Shown piece after piece: positions 1-9,540 of a stretch of 64,000 nucleotides of DNA; positions within the stretch are counted from its first letter, which is position 1, and every line of letters starts with the position of its first letter. The DNA is from Candidatus Eiseniibacteriota bacterium (GTDB lineage Bacteria; Eisenbacteria; RBG-16-71-46). The position numbers and the translations under genes are program-made. The notes beneath the pieces are model-generated. The model did no database searches. It saw nothing but the letters and a program-made list of their open reading frames with translations, and was not told where the DNA came from. Location of the stretch: positions 192,001 through 256,000 of the forward strand of contig CAVSAC010000012.1 in NCBI GenBank assembly GCA_963725865.1, in the 5' to 3' direction.

Positions 1-147
1 CGCAACATCTGTGACGAGACGGGCAAGGTGCGCCGTCACGTGAACGTGTTCGTGAACTCCGACAACGTGCGCGACCTCCAGGGGCTCGACACCGCGCTGG
101 CCCGCGGGGACGTCGTCACGATTCTACCGGCGGTCTCCGGAGGCTGA
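1..147 (+). CDS. MoaD/ThiS family ubiquitin-like protein (5' end outside window)
   Basis: Frame 1 reads ...RRHVNVFVNSDNVRDLQGLDTALARGDVVTILPAVSGG*, ending in di-glycine; TGA at 145-147. Confidence 0.92.
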   Translation, partial: RNICDETGKVRRHVNVFVNSDNVRDLQGLDTALARGDVVTILPAVSGG

Positions 148-150
148 GCC

Positions 151-1263
151 ATGGCGGAACGCGTCGTCCTCTGCATCGGTACCAGGAAGGGTCTGTTTGT
201 CGCCGAGTCCGCCAAGCCTCGGAAGCGCTTCGAGCTGCGCGGTCCGTTCGGACCCGGCGTCGCCGTGTACTCGGCGTTGATCGACTCGCGCGGCACGCCG
301 AAGCTGTACGCCTCGAGCTGCAATCCGTTCTTCGGCATGAAGGTCCTGCGCTCGACCGACCTGGGGAAGTCGTTCAAGGAGACCAAGGCGGCGCCCGCGT
401 TCCCGAAGGACGACGGGCGCGCGCTCGCCAACATCTGGTCGCTCGAGGCGGGCGCCGGCAAGAAGGACCTCTGGTGCGGCGTCGAGCCCGCTTCGCTGTT
501 CCGCAGCGGCGACGGCGGCGACTCGTGGGAGATGGTGCCGGGCATCAGCAACCACGAGCACGCCCGCAAGTGGCACCCCGGCGCCGGCGGACTCTGCATG
601 CACACGATCATCCGCGACGGCAACCGCGTGCACCTCGGCATCTCGACGGGCGGCCACTACCTGAGCGAGGACGGCGGCGTGACGTTCAAGGCCTCCAACC
701 AGGGCGTGGGCGCGGGATTCGTGCCCGATCCGTATCCGGAGTTCGGACAGTGCGTGCACAAGATCGCGCGTCACGAAGACGCGCCCGGCCGGATGTACAT
801 GCAGAATCACGGCGGCTGGAGCGAATGGGAGGGCCCGGGTGGGCCGCGCCCGAACATCGGCGTGCTGCGCAGCGACGATCACGGCCACTCCTGGCGCTCG
901 ATCGCCAAGGGGCTGCCATCCGACTTCGGCTTCCCGATCGTCGTGCACCCGCACGATCCCGACACGGTGTACGTGATGCCGCTGATGCCGATGACTCGCA
1001 CCTGTCCCGACGGTGCGCCCGCGGTGTGGCGCAGCGAGGACGGCGGCGACTCGTGGCGGCGGCTCGCCAAGGGGCTGCCGAAGAAGGAGAGCTACTTCAC
1101 CATCCAGCGCGACGCGATGGACGTGGACCGGCTCAAGACGCCCGCGCTCTACTTCGGGACCACGACCGGCCAGCTCTGGATCGGGCACGAGGGCGGCGAG
1201 GAGTGGAGCTGCCTGTTCGACGCGCTCCCGCCGATTCATTGCGTGAAGGTCGCGGTGGTGTGA
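151..1263 (+). CDS. BNR/Asp-box beta-propeller protein (sialidase-like fold)
   Basis: Repeated SxDxGxS/TW Asp-boxes; GTRKGLF N-terminus; starts 3 nt after the MoaD stop. Confidence 0.88.
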   Translation: MAERVVLCIGTRKGLFVAESAKPRKRFELRGPFGPGVAVYSALIDSRGTPKLYASSCNPFFGMKVLRSTDLGKSFKETKAAPAFPKDDGRALANIWSLEAGAGKKDLWCGVEPASLFRSGDGGDSWEMVPGISNHEHARKWHPGAGGLCMHTIIRDGNRVHLGISTGGHYLSEDGGVTFKASNQGVGAGFVPDPYPEFGQCVHKIARHEDAPGRMYMQNHGGWSEWEGPGGPRPNIGVLRSDDHGHSWRSIAKGLPSDFGFPIVVHPHDPDTVYVMPLMPMTRTCPDGAPAVWRSEDGGDSWRRLAKGLPKKESYFTIQRDAMDVDRLKTPALYFGTTTGQLWIGHEGGEEWSCLFDALPPIHCVKVAVV

Positions 1264-1303
1264 GTCAGGGCGTGGCGCGCGGACACGAATTCCGCGCAGC
1301 CCG

Positions 1304-1333
1304 GAGCCCGATGGTCCGCGGATCATCGGGCTC
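1304..1333 (+). terminator. GC-rich hairpin, possible terminator
   Basis: GAGCCCGATG...CATCGGGCTC inverted repeat about 40 nt after the stop; no U-tract. Confidence 0.4.
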
Positions 1334-1523
1334 GACCCACTCCGAGCCTGCCCCCCCGGTTCAGGCCAGTCCCCAGGACCCCGTTGGACCGTCGTGGCGA
1401 CTGCCACGTCCGAATGGACTCACGCTGCGCCACGAACTGGTGGACACTGCGCTCCAGGGGCGTGCGGTACTGCGCGCACGCCGGGCGCTGTAGGCGATCC
1501 TGCCGCCAACGGAGAATCGTGAC

Positions 1524-1739
1524 ATGAGACGCCTCGGAGTCGGACTGGTGATCCTCGGGATCCTCGGGCTGGTGTTGGGCCTCATGGGCTACGACCGTCG
1601 CACGACGATCCTGGAGGTGGGAGGGATCCGGGCGACGGCCACGGAGCACAAATCCATTCCCATCGCGCCAGTCGTGGGCGCGATCGCGCTGATCGGCGGC
1701 GTGTTGCTGCTGGCGGTTCCCCGACTGCCCCGCCCTTGA
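1524..1739 (+). CDS. Small two-helix membrane protein
   Basis: 71 aa, two hydrophobic segments, GGAGA RBS upstream. Confidence 0.75.
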   Translation: MRRLGVGLVILGILGLVLGLMGYDRRTTILEVGGIRATATEHKSIPIAPVVGAIALIGGVLLLAVPRLPRP

Positions 1740-1888
1740 GACGCTGCGGTTCGACTCGCTCGATGCGCATCACGCGCATCGGGCGCGCGGCGGCGGCGGT
1801 CGATGCAACCACCCGGTAGACGCCCGCAGCCGGTGCCCGTCGCGACCTCCCCGCGCAGCGCCGCCATGGACCCCGGGGGGCCCAGCCC

Positions 1889-1916
1889 TTGACATGCAAG
1901 CAAATGCTTGCATAAT
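1889..1916 (+). promoter_or_regulatory. Sigma70-type promoter with overlapping palindromic operator
   Basis: TTGACA (1889-1894), 16 nt, CATAAT (1911-1916); perfect inverted repeat ATGCAAGCA-AA-TGCTTGCAT at 1894-1913. Confidence 0.8.
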
Positions 1917-1935
1917 GGATCGAGGTCACCACCGT

Positions 1936-2253
1936 ATGGACAAAGTCTTCAAGGCACTCGCCGACCCGGGCCGCCGGGAACTGCTCGACCGCCTGTTCGC
2001 GAAGAGCGGGCAGACGCTCGGTGAGCTGTGCGAGGAGATGGGGATGTCCCGGCAGGCGGTGACGCAGCATCTCGCGGTGCTCACGGCCGCCAACCTGGTG
2101 AGCACCAAGTGGCGTGGCCGCGAGAAGCTCCACTACCTCAACGCGGTCCCGATCCACCAGATCTACGACCGCTGGGTGAGGAAGTTCGAACGGCGTGGCT
2201 TGAAGGCACTCGATCACCTCAAGCAGCGCCTCGAGGGAGAAGCCCATGACTGA
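1936..2253 (+). CDS. ArsR/SmtB family transcriptional regulator
   Basis: MDKVFKALADPGRRELL...MSRQAVTQHLAVL...GREKLHYLN; ATG at 1936 after GAGGT. Confidence 0.92.
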   Translation: MDKVFKALADPGRRELLDRLFAKSGQTLGELCEEMGMSRQAVTQHLAVLTAANLVSTKWRGREKLHYLNAVPIHQIYDRWVRKFERRGLKALDHLKQRLEGEAHD

Positions 2254-2701
2254 GTCGGAGTTCGTGTACGTCACCTACATCGCGGCCACACCGGAGCGGA
2301 TCTGGAACGCGCTGATCCAAGCCGAGTTCACACGACAGTACTGGGGCCACGAGAACGTCTCCGACTGGAAGCCCGGGTCGACCTGGGAACATCGGGATAT
2401 CGGTGCCGCGGGCCAGGTGAGGCTCGTGGGCAAGGTGGTCGAGTTCACGCCGTCCCGACGGCTGGTGCTGACCTGGGCCAATCCTTCCGATGCCGCCGAC
2501 ACGTCCAAGCACACGCGGGTGACGTTCGAGCTGGAGTCGATCGACGAGATGGTGCGCCTCACCGTCACCCACGATCAGCTCGTCCCCGGATCCGACATGG
2601 AGCGCGGCATCACCGCCGGCTGGCCGCGGGTGCTGTCGAGCCTCAAGTCGTTCCTCGAGACCGGCAGGCCGCTGCCGACCTGGGCGAAGGCGAAGAGCTA
2701 G
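2246..2701 (+). CDS. SRPBCC/AHSA1-like domain protein
   Basis: YVTYIAATPERIWNAL...GWPRVLSSLKSFLETG; overlaps the ArsR stop, a common ArsR-SRPBCC pairing. Confidence 0.88.
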   Translation: MTESEFVYVTYIAATPERIWNALIQAEFTRQYWGHENVSDWKPGSTWEHRDIGAAGQVRLVGKVVEFTPSRRLVLTWANPSDAADTSKHTRVTFELESIDEMVRLTVTHDQLVPGSDMERGITAGWPRVLSSLKSFLETGRPLPTWAKAKS

Positions 2702-2815
2702 CGTTCCCCGGCATCGTCGCAGAGGCGACGCGAGTCATTCTCGGCCGCGGCGCGGCGCATGCCACGGGCATCGATCCGCGGCCGGCGACGACGCCGGCGG
2801 GCGAGGGGAGGAAGC

Positions 2816-3187
2816 ATGTCCAGCGCAGGCGAGGTCGTGCGGAAGTTCTACGGCGCGGTCCAGAAGCGGGATCTCGCCGCCGCCCGCGCGTTCCTCAGCG
2901 ATCAGCTCGTGTTTGTAGGGCTGTTCGAGACCTACCGCGGGCCCGACGCATATCTGGCCGCGCTCACCGGGTTGCTCGGCATCACCGTGCGACTCGACGT
3001 GAAGACGATCATCTCCGAGGGCGGGCAGGCGGCGATCTTCTTCGAGCTGGAGACAGTCGCTCCGGCCGCGGCCACCACGCTGGTCGCCGAGTGGCACGAG
3101 GTCGCGGACGGCAGGATCCAGCGCGTGCACTCGGCGTTCGACGGGCGCCCGTTCGCCGCGATGTTCACGGGCGGCGGCGAGCAGTGA
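2816..3187 (+). CDS. SnoaL/NTF2-like protein
   Basis: EVVRKFYGAV...DLAAARAFLSD...EWHEVADGRI; GGAGG RBS. Confidence 0.8.
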   Translation: MSSAGEVVRKFYGAVQKRDLAAARAFLSDQLVFVGLFETYRGPDAYLAALTGLLGITVRLDVKTIISEGGQAAIFFELETVAPAAATTLVAEWHEVADGRIQRVHSAFDGRPFAAMFTGGGEQ

Positions 3188-3232
3188 ACGAGCGCGACGG
3201 GCGCCCGCAACGCTTCGTCCCCGCCTTGCCCC

Positions 3233-4282
3233 TCACTCCGCCGCGCGCGTCTCCACCGGCACCACCGCGAGCGTCTTCCGCTCGCCGTGGCGCAGCAGCG
3301 TGAGCGTCACCGGCTGGCCGATGCGCTCCTCGGTGAGCAGGCGGTGCAGATCGTCGACGCCGGCGACCGATTCGGCCTCGAAGCCCACGATGATGTCGCC
3401 CTCGGTGAGCCCCGCGCTCTCGGCGGGGCTGCCCTTCTCGACGTGGAGCACCAGCAACGCGGTGTCGTGCGCGAGCGCGAACTCGCGCACGCGGCGGCGC
3501 TGGAGCGTCACGTTCTGCCCGCCGATGCCGAGCCAGCCGCGGCGGATGCGGCCCTCGCGGATCAGCAACCCGGCGACGCGGCGCGCGGTGCTGGCGGGGA
3601 TCGCGAAGCAGAGCCCCTGCGCGGGCAGGATGACCGCGGTGTTGACGCCCACCACCGTGCCGCGCGAGTCGAGCAGCGGGCCGCCGGAGTTGCCGGGGTT
3701 GAGCGCCGCGTCGGTCTGGATGATGTCGTCCATCAGCCGGCCCGAGCGCGAACGCAGCGAGCGTCCGAGCGCGCTCACCACGCCGGCGGTGACGGTGGCC
3801 TGGAAGCCGAGCGGGCTGCCGATCGCGATCACGAGCTGGCCGGGCTTGAGCTGCCGGGAGTCACCGAGCTCCGCGACCGTCAGGTCCTCGGCGCCGATGC
3901 GCACCACCGCCAGGTCGGTGTCGGGATCGTCGCCGACCAGCGTGGCGGGCAGGCGGCGTCCGTCCTGCAGCGTCACCTCGATGCTCGAGGCGCCGTGGAC
4001 GACGTGCGAGTTCGTCAGGATCAGGCCGTCGGGCGTGAACACGAATCCCGAGCCCGCGCCGGCCGGCCGCTCGCCGCGCGGCTCGCTCGCCGCTCGGCCG
4101 GCGCCGATCGCGTGGCGCACCGAGATATGCACCACCGACGGACCGACGCGCTCGACCGCGCGAGTCACCGCATGCGAGTAGGCATCGAGCAGCGCGCCGT
4201 CGTCGGGCGGCGGGGACGGGTCGAGGGACTCGGGCGAGGACGACGCGGGTTCGAGCGAGACGAGACGCAGTTCCGGTTCCAT
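3233..4282 (-). CDS. HtrA/DegQ-like serine protease with PDZ domain
   Basis: TNSHVV, DLAVV and GNSGG triad motifs; C-terminal PDZ (GSPAESAGL); no clear signal peptide. Confidence 0.92.
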   Translation of the reverse strand: MEPELRLVSLEPASSSPESLDPSPPPDDGALLDAYSHAVTRAVERVGPSVVHISVRHAIGAGRAASEPRGERPAGAGSGFVFTPDGLILTNSHVVHGASSIEVTLQDGRRLPATLVGDDPDTDLAVVRIGAEDLTVAELGDSRQLKPGQLVIAIGSPLGFQATVTAGVVSALGRSLRSRSGRLMDDIIQTDAALNPGNSGGPLLDSRGTVVGVNTAVILPAQGLCFAIPASTARRVAGLLIREGRIRRGWLGIGGQNVTLQRRRVREFALAHDTALLVLHVEKGSPAESAGLTEGDIIVGFEAESVAGVDDLHRLLTEERIGQPVTLTLLRHGERKTLAVVPVETRAAE

Positions 4283-4416
4283 GCGCTCCGAAGGGAATGG
4301 GGCCGCGGCGCGAGTACGGGCGACGCGGGCCGGCGGGGGACGGCGGCCGCTTGTCCGCGATTCGATGCGGAGGGCGCCCGGAACGGTTCAAGCCGGCTCC
4401 GGGCGCCTCGGTCGAA

Positions 4417-6165
4417 TCAGCGCACGAGCACGATGCGGGTCGCTTCGTTGGAGCGCTCGCCGGCCAATCGCGCGAAGTAGATTCCGGCCGGAAGCGGGGC
4501 TCCTTCGGTCGTCCGCGACTCCCACTCGAGCTCGCCACGGCCCGGCTCGATCCGGCCCTCCCAGCGCCGCGCGCCGCCCGCGTCGTAGATCTCCAGGCGT
4601 GCGGCGTGCTCGAGCGGCCGCCAACGAAGCCGCACGGATCCGCGCGAGGGGATCGGCGTGGCGGTCAGCGCGTCGACGTCGCGCGGGTCCCGGCCCGGAT
4701 CGACCGCGGTCGTGGGCGCCGCGCAGCCGATTCCGAGCGCGCCGATCTGGCCGCATCCCGGCGCGTTCGCCAGGGGAGAGTCCGCGCTGAGCCACACGGA
4801 ATCCTGCGGCAGGGAACAGAAGCGCGGGTCGACCATCAGATCGGTGGGCCCCGGTGCCGTCCCGCCGACCGCGCCCAGCAGGTTCAGGTACCAGTCATTG
4901 CAGCGCACGGCCTGGATCGGTTGCCCGCCCGACTCGAGGCCGTAGCGACGACTGCCATAGGCGATGTTGTGGTCGACCGAGTCGCTCGCGACGGCCGGCA
5001 TCAGGATGCCGGACCCATTGCTCAGGTAGAAGGTATTGGTGCGCACCTTCCCGAGTGCTGTCGTGGATGCGGCCAGTCCGTGGCCGCCACTGCGCCCCAC
5101 GACGTTGCCGATCACCGAGCCGCCGAGCTCCGTGCGCACGCCGTCGCCGCTCGAGTTCAGCACGACGTTGCTCTGGATCTGGATCTGTGGGAGCGCACTG
5201 GTCTTGCGCTGTATCCAGATGCCGCAGCCCGAGGAGTGATCGACCCGGTTGCCGGTGAGCGTGAGCACGCCCGACGAGACCACCCAGGCACACTCGACGC
5301 GGATGCCGTCGCTCCCGACGCTGTCGACGGTGTTCCACGCCGCGGTCACGGCTCGGAACGTTCCGGTCACGTCGATTCCCGGGCCCTGGCAGCGCTTCGC
5401 ACGGTTGCCCTGCAGGAGGACGGTCGCAGCCGTGGAGAGGCCACCCCCCGTGTCGGTCACGCGGTAGGCCGTCCCCGAGCAGTCGCGAACCTCGTTGTCG
5501 ACCACCATCGCGGTGTAGGACTTGGGCATGACCTGGATCCCGTCGGTGGCCCGTTCGACGGTGTTGTGCTCGATGCTGAGCGATGCGTCCCACGATGCCA
5601 CCGCGATCCCGATGGGTGCGGGGCCCGAGACGTAGCAGCCACGGATGAACCCCCACCCTTCCGTGGACACGTTCAGTCCGCCACCGATGACCGTGCAACC
5701 GTCGATCTCGAACCCACCGATGGCGTGCCCGGAGTAGCCGCCAAAGATCTGACAGCCGTGCAGGCGAAGGAACGAGAGCGAGGACAGCGTCGTGAGGCTG
5801 GAATCGAAACGGCATTCGTCGAATTGCACGTTCCATCCCGCGGCGCGGACGGTGCCGACGAAGTGAATGCCGCGCACCAGCATCGAGGGCATGTCCACGA
5901 TTCCGCGAACGCGTGGGAACGCGCCCGCGCTGTAGCTGTCGTACGAGGTGCGATAGGCCTCGAGGGTGACCACGCTGTGATGGTAGAGGTCGAGGCGCTC
6001 GTCGTAGTCGCCCGCCTTCACCTGGACGACGTCGGCACCGGAGTTGATCGCAGCCTGGATCGTCGGGTACTGGTCCGGCACGATCACCGTGATTGCGCGG
6101 GCGCTGGTCGGAGCGAGCCAGAGGCACAGCGCGAGGACGAGCGGTGAGAAACGGGCGGCGGCCAT
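4417..6165 (-). CDS. Secreted right-handed beta-helix protein with FlgD-Ig/T9SS-like C-terminal domain
   Basis: Signal peptide MAAARFSPLVLALCL; VPDQYPTIQAAI; parallel beta-helix repeats; DPRFC...IGA; CTD ending GIYFARL...RIVLVR. Confidence 0.8.
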   Translation of the reverse strand: MAAARFSPLVLALCLWLAPTSARAITVIVPDQYPTIQAAINSGADVVQVKAGDYDERLDLYHHSVVTLEAYRTSYDSYSAGAFPRVRGIVDMPSMLVRGIHFVGTVRAAGWNVQFDECRFDSSLTTLSSLSFLRLHGCQIFGGYSGHAIGGFEIDGCTVIGGGLNVSTEGWGFIRGCYVSGPAPIGIAVASWDASLSIEHNTVERATDGIQVMPKSYTAMVVDNEVRDCSGTAYRVTDTGGGLSTAATVLLQGNRAKRCQGPGIDVTGTFRAVTAAWNTVDSVGSDGIRVECAWVVSSGVLTLTGNRVDHSSGCGIWIQRKTSALPQIQIQSNVVLNSSGDGVRTELGGSVIGNVVGRSGGHGLAASTTALGKVRTNTFYLSNGSGILMPAVASDSVDHNIAYGSRRYGLESGGQPIQAVRCNDWYLNLLGAVGGTAPGPTDLMVDPRFCSLPQDSVWLSADSPLANAPGCGQIGALGIGCAAPTTAVDPGRDPRDVDALTATPIPSRGSVRLRWRPLEHAARLEIYDAGGARRWEGRIEPGRGELEWESRTTEGAPLPAGIYFARLAGERSNEATRIVLVR

Positions 6166-6356
6166 GCGGGATCTCCCATCGGCCCCGGGAATGGAGGCGT
6201 GGAGCGGGAGTCCGTGCGCACGGCCCAGGGGCCTAGCGGGCCCGTCGTCGCGAAGTTTGCGCCGACTCCAGCTCGACGGGGGACGTGCGGAGGCTAGCAC
6301 GCTGCTGGGACGATGTCGTTCGGGAATCGCCGCGCGGGCCCTGCGCCCGCTTCTGC

Positions 6357-7685
6357 TCAGGCCGCGCGGCGCGCGGGCTCGTGGAGCGCCTGCGCCAGCG
6401 TGGTGGCCGCGGCCAGCAGCTCGCGCTCGCGCTCGCCGGTGGGCAGCACCTCGAACGCCACGCGGTCCTCGCCCTCGTGCTCGCGCGCGAGCAGGCACAC
6501 CAGCTCGGCGCCGGCCAGGTGGGTGGCCAGGCGCCGCGCGTCGGCGGGGGCGAGCTGGTCGCCCCAGCGCGCCATCATCGCGGCGGGCTCGGTGGACGCG
6601 ACGCGCGCCACCACGTGGCGCACGGAGTCGAGCGCGAGCAGCGCGCCCTCGGGAGTGGCCTCGGTGAGGTCGAGCGCCAGCGTCTCGGGCTCCATCGTCG
6701 CCAGCGCCACGCCGAGCTGCGACGCGCGTGTGGTCAGCAGCGCGCCCGGGCCCTCGTCGTGCCGCCACGTGGGACGGTCCGCGGCCAGCAGCACCGAGCC
6801 ACCGTGCGCGAGCCGCCACGCCACGATCGCGTGCAGCAGGCTCGCGACCTGGTCGGGGTCCTCGCCGCCGACCAGCACCAGCGCGTGGGTCGCGGCGAAC
6901 GCCGCCTCGAGCGGCGCGGCGATCCCGGTCATGCGCGGCGGTCGCAGTCCGGCGGGGCGCAGCCACAGCGACTCGCCGTCGGCACCCGGCACCAGCGTGA
7001 CCTCGAACAGCCGCCCATCGGGAAAGCGCGTCATCGCGCGGCGCGCGCAGTCGGTCGGGCCCTCGAGGCCGTCGGCGCCGAGCAGTCGCGCGCGCAGGTC
7101 CTCGTAGTCGGCGGGCGAGAGCGCGGCGTCGCGCGCCTCGCGCCACGCACCCAGCGCGCGCAGCCGCGCGGGGCGTCCGGGGCGGAACAGCATGCGGTCG
7201 CCGGGATGGCGCAGCGCGTCGAGCTGGCCCGACGGCGCGACCGCGCTGGCGGCCGGCGTGAGCCCGCGCGCCTCGCGCGCCACGCTCGAGAACGCCTCGC
7301 GCAGCGCCTCCATGGTGCCCTGGCGCTCGCGCAGGCGCTCGGCCTCGCCCTCGGCGGAGGCGCCCGACTCGTCCATCTGGCGCGCGGCCTCGAGCATCAG
7401 CGCCTCGGTGCCGACCTCGATCAGGCCGTCGCCGCCGGGCGGTCCGGGGCGGAACTCGAAGTGGCCGGTGCGCCAGCCGAACAGGCGGTAGGCCGCGGAC
7501 TCGCCCTCGCGGAGCTGGTCGTCGACCGCATTGATGATGCGGCCGTCGCGGAAGTAGAAGTAGCCCTTGCGGCCGCCGTCGGTCACCGCCAGGCAGCCGG
7601 TCGCGCGGTTGAGCATCAGCAGCTGGCCGAGGTCGAACAGCCCGACCAGTCCGAGCTCGCCGACCAGGCTGCTGGGCTCGGCCAT
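6357..7685 (-). CDS. DUF4388 domain fused to a degenerate PilT-like domain
   Basis: N-terminal GELGLVGLFDLGQLLMLNRATGCL...YFRDGRIINA...WRTGHFEF; the C-terminal part resembles PilT without Walker motifs; ATG overlaps the pilT stop. Confidence 0.72.
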   Translation of the reverse strand: MAEPSSLVGELGLVGLFDLGQLLMLNRATGCLAVTDGGRKGYFYFRDGRIINAVDDQLREGESAAYRLFGWRTGHFEFRPGPPGGDGLIEVGTEALMLEAARQMDESGASAEGEAERLRERQGTMEALREAFSSVAREARGLTPAASAVAPSGQLDALRHPGDRMLFRPGRPARLRALGAWREARDAALSPADYEDLRARLLGADGLEGPTDCARRAMTRFPDGRLFEVTLVPGADGESLWLRPAGLRPPRMTGIAAPLEAAFAATHALVLVGGEDPDQVASLLHAIVAWRLAHGGSVLLAADRPTWRHDEGPGALLTTRASQLGVALATMEPETLALDLTEATPEGALLALDSVRHVVARVASTEPAAMMARWGDQLAPADARRLATHLAGAELVCLLAREHEGEDRVAFEVLPTGERERELLAAATTLAQALHEPARRAA

Positions 7686-8767
7686 CAGGCCGCCTGGGCG
7701 CGGGGCCCGCTCGAGCGCTCGAACGGCGCGAGCAGCTCGCGGCTCGTCAGGTGCGGCGCCGCGTCGTCGGCCGACACCTCGCCGGCGCGCACCAGGCCGA
7801 GCACGCTCTCGTCCATGCTCTGCATGCCCTCGCGCTTGCCGGTCTGGATCACCGAGCTGAGCTGGAACGTCTTCCGCTCGCGGATCAGCGACGACACCGC
7901 GCTGTTGCCGCCCAGGATCTCGAGCGCCAGCGCACGGCCCTTGCCATCCTTGCGCCGCAGCAGCCGCTGCGCGAGCACGCCCTTGAGCGACTCGGAGAGC
8001 ATCAGGCGCACCTGCGCTTGCTTCTCGCCCTCGAACGAGTCGATCACGCGGTCGACCGACTGCGCCGCGCTCATGGTGTGCAGCGTGCCGAACACCAGCT
8101 GGCCGGTGGCGGCCGCGGTGATCGCGAGCTGCATCGTTTCGGGGTCGCGCATCTCGCCGACCAGGATCACGTCCGGGTCTTCGCGCAGCGCCGCGCGCAG
8201 CGCCTGCGCGAACGACGGCGTGTGGCGGCCGACCTCGCGCTGCGTCACCAGCGACTCCTTGTTCTGGTGGCGGTACTCGATCGGGTCCTCGATGGTGAGG
8301 ATGTGCTTCTTCTGCGTGCGGTTGATGTGGTCGATCATCGCCGCCAGCGTGCTCGACTTGCCGGTGCCGGGCGGGCCGGTGACCAGCACCAGGCCGCGCG
8401 CCATCTCGGTGAGCCGCGTCACGTGGGGCGGCAGGCCGAGCTGGTCGAGCGAGAGGATCTGGTTCGGCAGGATGCGGAACGCGCCCGCCACGCCGCGCGA
8501 CTGCTCGTAGATGTTGCAGCGCGCCCGCACGACGCCCGGGACCTCGTAGGAGAAATCGACGTCTTTCATGCTGTCGTAGCGCGCGCGGATGTCGGGATCC
8601 ATCATCTCGAACAGCAGCAGCTCGGTCAGCTCGCGGGTCAGCGGCTCGTAGGGGATCGAGGTGATGGACCCGTGGATGCGCATCATCGGCGGGGCCCCGG
8701 TGGTCATGTGCAGGTCGGAGGCACCCTGTTCCTTGACGAGCTTGAGGATGGCGTCGATGCGAGCCAT
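7685..8767 (-). CDS. pilT: Type IV pilus retraction ATPase (PilT family)
   Basis: ASDLH, Walker A GPPGTGKS, TIEDPIE, ALREDPDVILVGEMRD, GTLHT. Confidence 0.93.
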   Translation of the reverse strand: MARIDAILKLVKEQGASDLHMTTGAPPMMRIHGSITSIPYEPLTRELTELLLFEMMDPDIRARYDSMKDVDFSYEVPGVVRARCNIYEQSRGVAGAFRILPNQILSLDQLGLPPHVTRLTEMARGLVLVTGPPGTGKSSTLAAMIDHINRTQKKHILTIEDPIEYRHQNKESLVTQREVGRHTPSFAQALRAALREDPDVILVGEMRDPETMQLAITAAATGQLVFGTLHTMSAAQSVDRVIDSFEGEKQAQVRLMLSESLKGVLAQRLLRRKDGKGRALALEILGGNSAVSSLIRERKTFQLSSVIQTGKREGMQSMDESVLGLVRAGEVSADDAAPHLTSRELLAPFERSSGPRAQAA

Positions 8768-8972
8768 GGCCGTTCCGGACTGGTGGATCCGCGCAGCGCC
8801 CACCGGGCACGGCGCGGGCGGCGGGCACGCCCGGCGCGGGCGCACTCACCCGCCTCCGTTGTCGGCCCTCGAGGGCCCCGCCTCCAGCGGGAAATCCCGG
8901 ACGGAACGGGCTCAATCGCGGGCCGCTCATGGCCGATAAGTCCGATGGTGACCTTCACCTGACGAGAGGACG

Positions 8973-9506
8973 ATGGCTCGTTTCATCCAGAAGCTGCGGG
9001 TGGCCGTCCGCATGTGGCTGCCCCACGAGTCGCCGATGGACGGCACGCTCGCGCTCGGACCGCAGGCCGAGTTCCACCCCGGCCCCGAGACGCTGCTCGA
9101 GCGCCTCAACACGCACGACCGCGTGGTGCCGTTCCATCGCGAGCGCGATGCCGCCACGCTGCTGCTCAACCGGCTCGACATCGAGTGGGTCGAGCCGGCA
9201 CGGGGCGTGCCCGAGAACCTGGTCTGGCCGCCGGCCTGGCAGGTCACGCGCGAGGAGCGCGTGCACCTGCGTCTGGCGAGCGGCCGCGAGCTGTCGGGCC
9301 GCATCCTCATCGAGCTGCCCGAGGACCTCAACCGGGCGTCGGACTTCCTCAACGCCGCGGACGACTTCTTCGCGCTCGTCACTCCCGACGGCGTGCGCTT
9401 GGTGAACAAGCAGCGCATCATCGCCACGCGCGTCTTCGAGCACTCGCCGCGACCGGTGACCGACCTCACCGGCGGCGAGCCCGGCGCGGACGCCGCCAGC
9501 GCCTGA
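8973..9506 (+). CDS. Hypothetical protein with internal duplication
   Basis: GAGAGG RBS; two related halves (LERLN...LLLNR and SDFLN...RLVNK); divergent from pilT. Confidence 0.7.
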   Translation: MARFIQKLRVAVRMWLPHESPMDGTLALGPQAEFHPGPETLLERLNTHDRVVPFHRERDAATLLLNRLDIEWVEPARGVPENLVWPPAWQVTREERVHLRLASGRELSGRILIELPEDLNRASDFLNAADDFFALVTPDGVRLVNKQRIIATRVFEHSPRPVTDLTGGEPGADAASA

Positions 9507-9540
9507 TCCGCTCCGGCGCCGCCAGCGCCTGATCCGCTCC
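9491..9540. repeat. Direct repeat, 2 x 24 bp with period 26
   Basis: CGCCGCCAGCGCCTGATCCGCTCC at 9491-9514 and 9517-9540; a degenerate third copy follows. Confidence 0.85.

Noticed and set aside
151..1263. True sialidase
   Set aside because: Only Asp-boxes are seen; no RIP motif or signal peptide
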